A stretch of DNA of 64,000 bases from an uncultured Anaerolineales bacterium. Its GTDB lineage: Bacteria; Chloroflexota; Anaerolineae; Anaerolineales; UBA11858. Below, one piece after another: positions 57,954 to 64,000 of the stretch (within the stretch, counting starts at the first letter, position 1; the number at the start of each line of letters is the position of its first letter). Made by a program: the position numbers and the translations under genes. The DNA is taken from positions 859 through 64,858 of the forward strand of contig CAZTJD010000009.1 in the NCBI GenBank assembly GCA_964613985.1, written 5' to 3'. Under the pieces are notes generated by a model, which was given only the letters and a program-made list of their open reading frames with translations, was not told the DNA's origin and ran no database searches.

Positions 57954-60626
57954 TTGCTAAAACAACTTAATAAACACCGTATCCCTTTCATATTCATTCT
58001 TACAGGACTGGTCCTTAGCTTGATAATCTTCCGACTGGGTTACTCAGCCTTTGCACAACCTGGCCCCTCAGTCTGGACGGACCCGGTAAACCTTTCTCGA
58101 TCTGGTGGTACCTCTGAACCACACATTGTAGTTGACTCGAAAGGTCTGATTCATGTCTATTGGATGAATGAATTCTACGGGATAACCTATACTTATCGCG
58201 ACCAGGCTGGCGTATGGATGGACCCAATTCCAGTTCCAGCTCCATTTGAAGAATCATTAACCACCTTGCAGTTGTTGCCTGATCCTCGTGGTGCTATCCA
58301 TGCTTTTTGGCTTGATAAGAACAGCAACTTATTCTACAGTCGTTCTATCAATACCGGTGCATCATTGGTTTGGGAAGGTTCTCAGTACCTGGCAGGTGGT
58401 GTGGTTGATTTTCACGTTGTTATGAAAGAAAGCCTTATTATTCACCTGGGGTATGTAGCTTTTGAGGAATCCCCTACCGGGATCTATTACCGTTCTATGG
58501 GTGAAACAGGGATCTGGTCCAGCCCAGAATTAATCTACCCGTCCAAATACTTTCGTAACTTAACGCCCGAAGATGCGCATATTTGGATTGATGCTGGTGC
58601 TAATGAACGTGTTTATCTAAGTTGGGATGACCACTTTACAGAACATGTTTTTATCGCATGGTCAACAGATAGTGGGAAGACCTGGTCTGATCCAGGCATA
58701 ATCGACCAGCGAGAAGAGGAAGATGATCTCAGCTCTGTTGGGCCTTCCAAGATCATGGTACATGTCAATATAGTTGACCCAGTCGTTTTATGGCAGGCTG
58801 GTCATGCAAGCGCATCCTGCACTCAATATTTTGAGGTAATCCCTGAGGACGCATCAGCTTCTGCTACAGCAGAGGGGGATCACCCAAGCCTCAACTTGCT
58901 GCGACAGCCTTTGACCATCTTCTCTCAAGGTTGTCCGGAAAAACTACAATTATTAGAAGCAGATGACGATAAACTCTGGCTTTTGAGTGAACTGAACAAC
59001 AGATTGCAGTTGAGTACCTGGTCTGGATCTGAATGGAGCCAGCTGCAATCTCAAACTGAATTGTCAGAACTTATCCATCCCGAAACCTTCAGGAGATTGG
59101 ATTTGGATTACCATCAAGCCGCAATCTTCCAGAACAACCTCCTGGTTGTTGGTTGCGATAATGGAATCACAAAGGATACCTGGTTTTTAGAACGACCCCT
59201 AGGGGATACGGCGACATGGTTCCCAACCCCCACTCCAGCTCCTCTATGGAGCATCCCTGTCGTGGTGACTCAAGGGGAGGAAACCATCTCCGCCCCCATC
59301 CTCATCGCTTCTCCAAACCACCGCTTACACGCATTTTGGGGAGGGAAAGGTGGCAGGATCTACTACGCATATTTCGATGGAGATCGCTGGGCTCAACCGG
59401 TTGCTGTTATCACTTCTCCAGGGGAGCAGGTGGGCAAGCTGTCAGCAGCTATAGATCAGAATTCAAACCTGTTCGTTACCTGGGATAACCCTGGCAGTGA
59501 AGCAATTTATTACAGTTGGGTGGAAGAGACAGAGGCGAACATTTCCAGTAATTGGATGGTACCCCAGGCACTCCCAATACCCAATATTATCAGGTCACCA
59601 CAAGTTGTCATTAATCCCGAAGGGAATATTGAAATTGCCTACGTGGTGCCGCTGAATGAGAGTCGGGGCTTATATTTAATCAGGTCAATAGAACCTATCC
59701 TGATGAATCAATCACTTCAATGGGAAACACCTGAACTCGTTTTCGATGCAGAAGCAGCAAGATGGCCGATGGTCGATGATGTCCGCTTCGCCCTGGGCAT
59801 GGAAGACGCCAGAAATCTCATCTGGACACGCTATGATTTACCACCTGATGGAGGTGCAATAGCACTATATTACACATATCTCACTAGTGGAACCTGGTCT
59901 GAACCCAAAGAGATCTATAAGGATGCAATCGATTGGAGTCAGATCCTTACCACCACAGATGGAAGCATCCACATTGCCTGGCAGGTAAAGGAAGATGACA
60001 ATCGATCGACTCTTTGGCATTCTTACTCTACAGATCAAGGCGCCCATTGGAGTGATCCAATCCGGATCTCTGGATTTTCCAGTGCCGAGGGGCCATCTAG
60101 TCTGGTTCTTGATCAAGCAGGAAGGATACAACTGGTTCAAGTAAACCAAAGTGGATTTATCAACCTGGAAGGTCAGTCTTCTTTGACTTTACAGAATTGG
60201 ATTTTCAACGGGACTGAATGGGAGACTGGCGAACGGATGAACCTGGACAACCTGATTAACCCTCAGACTCTATCTTCAAACATTGCCTTGGACAACAACC
60301 TGGCAGCCTTGTTATTAGCAGAAATCATGCCTGAAAACGAAGGGGATCAACCAGCGACCGCTTTGATTTACAGCCAACTCCCGGTGGATATATCCGAAAC
60401 AATACCTACACCTCTACCAACCTTTACCCCTATACCTACCATCACTGCAGATAATCAAACACTAGAACCGACTCCAACCCCTATGCTGGAATTCCCAACC
60501 GACAGCAATACTCGATTACCCGCCATCTTTAACAGCCGCTGGGCAGGGATCTTTGTCGGCGGAATTCCCGCGGTATTGATCGTAGCCTTGGCATTAACTG
60601 CAATTTTACGCAGATCAAGGAAATGA
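57954..60626 (+). CDS. BNR/Asp-box repeat protein (sialidase-like beta-propeller), anchored by N- and C-terminal TM helices
   Basis: 890 aa, TTG start. N-terminal TM IPFIFILTGLVLSLIIF. Asp-boxes STDSGKTWSDP and STDQGAHWSDP plus repeated W-x-x-P blade motifs. A P/T-rich stalk (PTPLPTFTPIPT...EPTPTP). C-terminal TM plus RRSRK. Confidence 0.7.
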   Translation: MLKQLNKHRIPFIFILTGLVLSLIIFRLGYSAFAQPGPSVWTDPVNLSRSGGTSEPHIVVDSKGLIHVYWMNEFYGITYTYRDQAGVWMDPIPVPAPFEESLTTLQLLPDPRGAIHAFWLDKNSNLFYSRSINTGASLVWEGSQYLAGGVVDFHVVMKESLIIHLGYVAFEESPTGIYYRSMGETGIWSSPELIYPSKYFRNLTPEDAHIWIDAGANERVYLSWDDHFTEHVFIAWSTDSGKTWSDPGIIDQREEEDDLSSVGPSKIMVHVNIVDPVVLWQAGHASASCTQYFEVIPEDASASATAEGDHPSLNLLRQPLTIFSQGCPEKLQLLEADDDKLWLLSELNNRLQLSTWSGSEWSQLQSQTELSELIHPETFRRLDLDYHQAAIFQNNLLVVGCDNGITKDTWFLERPLGDTATWFPTPTPAPLWSIPVVVTQGEETISAPILIASPNHRLHAFWGGKGGRIYYAYFDGDRWAQPVAVITSPGEQVGKLSAAIDQNSNLFVTWDNPGSEAIYYSWVEETEANISSNWMVPQALPIPNIIRSPQVVINPEGNIEIAYVVPLNESRGLYLIRSIEPILMNQSLQWETPELVFDAEAARWPMVDDVRFALGMEDARNLIWTRYDLPPDGGAIALYYTYLTSGTWSEPKEIYKDAIDWSQILTTTDGSIHIAWQVKEDDNRSTLWHSYSTDQGAHWSDPIRISGFSSAEGPSSLVLDQAGRIQLVQVNQSGFINLEGQSSLTLQNWIFNGTEWETGERMNLDNLINPQTLSSNIALDNNLAALLLAEIMPENEGDQPATALIYSQLPVDISETIPTPLPTFTPIPTITADNQTLEPTPTPMLEFPTDSNTRLPAIFNSRWAGIFVGGIPAVLIVALALTAILRRSRK

Positions 60627-60640
60627 AAGGGAATTAAATA

Positions 60641-61624
60641 TTGAACAAGCGAATCTTAGTCACCGGGGGTGCTGGCTTTATTGGCTCGCACCTATGTGAA
60701 AGTTTGGTCGATAAGGATTATCAGGTGGTGGCAATTGATAACCTTTCCACCGGAAGCCTGGAAAACATAAAACACCTACAGCAACATCCTGATTTCCAGT
60801 TTGTTAGGGAAACCATTACCAACCTTCAAGTGCTAGATCGTCTATCCAGCGAAGCAGATATCATTGTTCACCTGGCAGCCGCGGTCGGGGTGCAATTGAT
60901 TGTTGAAAATCCCGTATACACCATTCAAACCAATATTATGGGTACTGAAGCAGTCCTTTCCACAGCAAATCGTTATAGTTGCAAGGTACTGATTGCTTCC
61001 ACATCAGAGGTTTATGGCAAGGGAGTAAAAATTCCATTTTGTGAAAATGATGACCGACTGATGGGATCCACCACCCATAGCCGTTGGTCTTATGCTGCCT
61101 CAAAAGCGATAGATGAATTCTTAGGCTTAGCCTACCACCACCAATATGGATTGCCCGTTGTGGTCATGCGCTTTTTCAACACGGTCGGCCCGAGACAGAC
61201 CGGCAGATACGGGATGGTTGTGCCTCGTTTCATCAAACAGGCACTTAATAATGAGCCGCTAACCGTTTATGGTGATGGAAAACAATCGCGCTGCTTTTGC
61301 GATGTTGCGGACATCGTATGGGCTGTACAGAGATTGATGGAAAACAAAGATGCAGTAGGTCAGGTGTTCAACCTGGGCTCCGATGAAGAGATTAGAATCC
61401 TGGATCTGGCAAAGAAGGTAATCACAAAAACAAAAAGTAATTCTACAATTTCCTTTATCCCATACGAGGCAGCATACGCGCCTGGTTTTGAAGATATGCG
61501 TAAGCGTGTCCCTTCCCTGACGAAACTCCGGAACCTGACTGGATACTCCCCAAAATATTCCTTAGACCAGATATTAGATCGGATTATCAAATTCGAGACC
61601 GAAAATACCCTGAAGCAAACCTGA
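60641..61624 (+). CDS. NAD-dependent sugar-nucleotide epimerase/dehydratase (extended SDR; UDP-glucuronate decarboxylase-like)
   Basis: TTG start. VTGGAGFIGSH Rossmann motif, STSEVYG, and the YAASK catalytic YxxxK. Confidence 0.85.
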   Translation: MNKRILVTGGAGFIGSHLCESLVDKDYQVVAIDNLSTGSLENIKHLQQHPDFQFVRETITNLQVLDRLSSEADIIVHLAAAVGVQLIVENPVYTIQTNIMGTEAVLSTANRYSCKVLIASTSEVYGKGVKIPFCENDDRLMGSTTHSRWSYAASKAIDEFLGLAYHHQYGLPVVVMRFFNTVGPRQTGRYGMVVPRFIKQALNNEPLTVYGDGKQSRCFCDVADIVWAVQRLMENKDAVGQVFNLGSDEEIRILDLAKKVITKTKSNSTISFIPYEAAYAPGFEDMRKRVPSLTKLRNLTGYSPKYSLDQILDRIIKFETENTLKQT

Positions 61625-61693
61625 TAGCTTTCGTTGAAACCATTGATCGATGTCATTTTTCACTATATCAGTCGTCACCCTATCCTAATTTAA

Positions 61694-62431
61694 ATGAGTA
61701 ATTTAACTAACAGTCTAAAGCTGTACCTCGCTCGTCAAGCCAGTACAGTCGGAAGATATTTTTGGGAGCAGTTTATCCTTTCACTTTTTGGCTGGATCCC
61801 AACTGTGATTGGCATCGCCTTACGGGCCGTTATTTACCGCGCGATCATGAAGTTAGAAGGGGTAGTGGCAATTGAAAAAGGGGTGCGGATTCGGTTTGCG
61901 AACCAGATTCGGCTCGCCAATGGTGTTTATCTGGATGAAGGTGTTTATCTGCATGCCTGCCCGGGCGGTATCGATATCGGCGAGAACACCTTCATAATGC
62001 ACCATTCCGAACTCCATGTCTACAACTTTCGCGACCTCCCCAACGCTGGTATCAAGATTGGCAAAGATTGCCTGATTGGCGAATTTACCGTGATCCGAGG
62101 TCAAGGTGGTGTCACCATAGGTAATCGGGTTTACACTTCACCCGGCACCCAAATCATTGCAGTAAACCACTTATTTGATGATCCTGAACAATCATTTATT
62201 TATCAAGGAATCACTGCCCAGGGTATTACAATTGAAGACGACGTCTGGTTAGGTTCGAATGTTATTGTAACCGATGGAGTCTCTATTGGGAAAGGAGCGG
62301 TTATTGCTGCTGGCGCCGTGGTAACAGAAGCTGTACCACCACATTCAATCAACGCAGGAGTACCATCAAAGGTTACACGTAATATTGATCGGAAACACAA
62401 CTCAAATCGAGGCAAAATTTATTATTTATGA
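61694..62431 (+). CDS. Left-handed beta-helix (hexapeptide) acyl/acetyltransferase with N-terminal TM
   Basis: 245 aa with hexapeptide repeats ([52 protein letters not shown]). WbbJ/WcaF-like. Confidence 0.8.
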   Translation: MSNLTNSLKLYLARQASTVGRYFWEQFILSLFGWIPTVIGIALRAVIYRAIMKLEGVVAIEKGVRIRFANQIRLANGVYLDEGVYLHACPGGIDIGENTFIMHHSELHVYNFRDLPNAGIKIGKDCLIGEFTVIRGQGGVTIGNRVYTSPGTQIIAVNHLFDDPEQSFIYQGITAQGITIEDDVWLGSNVIVTDGVSIGKGAVIAAGAVVTEAVPPHSINAGVPSKVTRNIDRKHNSNRGKIYYL

Positions 62432-63660
62432 ATGATAATCATATTATGAATGATGTAATGCTTTCTGTAGTCATTCCAGCTTACAACGAACAGGATGGGA
62501 TTGCAGATATTATTGATAGAGTTCTTTCAATTAAGCTTACTTTGATCGACGTCGGTGTCGCTGACCTTGAATTAATTGTCGTTGATGATGGTTCGAGCGA
62601 TCGTACAGCAGAGATTGTTCGTTCGTATCATGAAGTAACCCTCATCCAGCACAATCCAAATCAAGGATATGGTGCAGCTTTAAAGACAGGCTGGTGTGAA
62701 GCTCATGGACAATTATTGGCTTTCCTGGATGCAGATGGGACCTATCCGCCTGAATATTTTCCTAAATTATGCCAGATTGCAATTGATGGTGCTGACATTG
62801 TTGTAGGTTCAAGACGATCAGGTGACGAAAGTGATATGCCTTTCGTTCGCAGGTTAGGTAATTTCGTCTGGTCGACCCTGATCAGTTTATTAGGACGCAG
62901 AAGAGTAATTGACCCTGCAAGCGGAATGCGGGTTTTTAAGCAAGAAATCCTGGATCGAATTTATCCCTTGCCAAATGGTCTGAATTTGACCCCAATTATG
63001 AGCACTCGTGCTATACACGAAGGCCTCAAATTAGTTGAAGTCCCCATCCCATATAAGGAGCGTATCGGAAGGTCGAAACTGAGTGTTATTCGGGATGGGT
63101 CACTTTTTCTTTCTTCCATTGTTTGGACTGTGTTGACATACAACCCTGTCCGTATTTTGGGTTTAATTGGTATGCTAGGTATACTTGTTACTATTTTTGT
63201 CGCACTAGGATTTGTGGCTGCCCGGTTGAGTGGTATCACTAACATTGGTCCCTGGGGGGTTGGTGCTTTATTTGTCGCCTTGGTAAGCGGGGTGACTGGT
63301 ATCAGCCTTTTCGCCTTGGGTATTATATTCAATTACCTGGTAGCCTTGTTCAGTAAACAACCTGTGAACCAAGGATTGTTTGGACGTCCAATCTTCAAGG
63401 AACCTCTCGACCGTCATTTTCTCTGGATGGGTGGTTTGGGTATCCTGGTTGGGTTGGGACTTGGTATTCAAAGCCTGGCTTGGGGCATCAATGGCTGGGA
63501 CATCGCCCGGTTATGGCTCTACTTAACGGGCAGTGCTATGTTTTTATTGGTTGGTGTGCAATTAGTCATCTATTGGATTTTACTGCGTGTTCTAGATGAA
63601 TTGAGTCAGAGGGAAATTCTCATCCAACAAGATATGGGACAAAATTTGAGCTTTTATTGA
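62428..63660 (+). CDS. GT2 polyprenyl-phosphate glycosyltransferase (DPM1/GtrB/ArnC-like) with C-terminal 4-TM domain
   Basis: [46 protein letters not shown], then four hydrophobic helices. ATGA overlap with the acetyltransferase stop. Confidence 0.8.
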   Translation: MNDNHIMNDVMLSVVIPAYNEQDGIADIIDRVLSIKLTLIDVGVADLELIVVDDGSSDRTAEIVRSYHEVTLIQHNPNQGYGAALKTGWCEAHGQLLAFLDADGTYPPEYFPKLCQIAIDGADIVVGSRRSGDESDMPFVRRLGNFVWSTLISLLGRRRVIDPASGMRVFKQEILDRIYPLPNGLNLTPIMSTRAIHEGLKLVEVPIPYKERIGRSKLSVIRDGSLFLSSIVWTVLTYNPVRILGLIGMLGILVTIFVALGFVAARLSGITNIGPWGVGALFVALVSGVTGISLFALGIIFNYLVALFSKQPVNQGLFGRPIFKEPLDRHFLWMGGLGILVGLGLGIQSLAWGINGWDIARLWLYLTGSAMFLLVGVQLVIYWILLRVLDELSQREILIQQDMGQNLSFY

Positions 63661-63661
63661 T

Positions 63662-64000
63662 ATGACGAAAGATGACTTCAATCACTTTCAGGAAAATAAA
63701 GGGGCTCTTTCGATCCCCAAATTGAGATTGGCTAATTTTCCCAACGCAGATCAAGTCGTTCGTAAGGAACTTCTTGATAAGCCGTTTTCGCCCGAAGCTA
63801 TTGATTTACTGCTGGTTAATCCGCCGACACCTGATATGAGTTTATACATCCGTACCCAGCATCGTGTTGGTCGCCGTACCCGGGAGAATATGGTTTGGCC
63901 ACAAGTTTCATTAGCACAATTGGCGGCCTTGTTGCACCCCGTTTACAAAGTCGCCATTATCGACGCCAACGCCGAGCGGATGTCCTGGGTACGATTTACC
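63662..64000 (+). CDS. B12-binding-domain radical SAM protein, N-terminal part (3' truncated by window edge)
   Basis: ATG 63662, open to the window end. LLLVNPPTPD...VWPQVSLAQLAALL...VAIIDANAE matches the N-terminal cobalamin-binding domain pattern of class B radical SAM enzymes. The CxxxCxxC motif lies beyond the window. Confidence 0.5.
   Translation, partial: MTKDDFNHFQENKGALSIPKLRLANFPNADQVVRKELLDKPFSPEAIDLLLVNPPTPDMSLYIRTQHRVGRRTRENMVWPQVSLAQLAALLHPVYKVAIIDANAERMSWVRFT

Overview
This 64-kb window comes from a saccharolytic bacterium with mid-range GC by eye. GTG/TTG starts, E/P/T-rich lipoprotein linkers, Opp-type sugar importers and GT-C enzymes suggest a Chloroflexota/Anaerolineae-like organism, but that is inference only.

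Layout:
(i) 1-1140: right part of an IS21-family element (istA tail, istB, multi-repeat terminus).
(ii) 1.4-5.6 kb: an FrcBCA-like sugar ABC importer plus an esterase.
(iii) 5.7-23.4 kb: a plus-strand block holding an MLE-type enolase-superfamily enzyme, M42 and M24 peptidases, LacI, an Opp-type ABC importer, Zn- and Fe-dependent dehydrogenases, a dead fucU and two URO-D-like genes. A 40-nt direct repeat (39/40 identical) brackets the block. Gene relics line its inner edges: integrase, lacI N-terminus, URO-D, Fe-ADH and MerR fragments. I read it as a decayed integrated island.
(iv) 23.5-51.9 kb: one long minus-strand glycan-utilisation array. It is headed by a 1220-aa soluble regulator (PBP sensor, histidine kinase, two receivers, AraC HTH). 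Downstream come an orphan degenerate receiver, a 4-TM protein, an unknown 862-aa protein, an Opp-type importer with a Tat-lipoprotein binding protein, two lacZ paralogs flanking a DUF2723 GT-C enzyme, and a MacB-type ABC pair with a GH42 gene nested between permease and ATPase.
(v) 51.9-64 kb: an ArnT/PMT-like GT-C, a YicI-type GH31 alpha-xylosidase, tatA, an AT-rich gene-poor spacer, a doubly anchored BNR/Asp-box protein and a surface-glycan cluster (SDR epimerase, acetyltransferase, polyprenyl-phosphate GT2, partial B12-radical-SAM).

I recognised no rRNA, tRNA or CRISPR array by eye.

Most notable:
- The cytoplasmic HTCS-like regulator, with two candidate 21-bp-phased operator pairs.
- Glycosyltransferase and glycosidase genes nested with start/stop overlaps inside unrelated modules.
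- A duplicated promoter carrying a 32-bp perfect palindrome with mirrored substitutions.
- The attL/attR/attB-like repeat triad.

All functional calls rest on motifs read by eye. No database search was possible.
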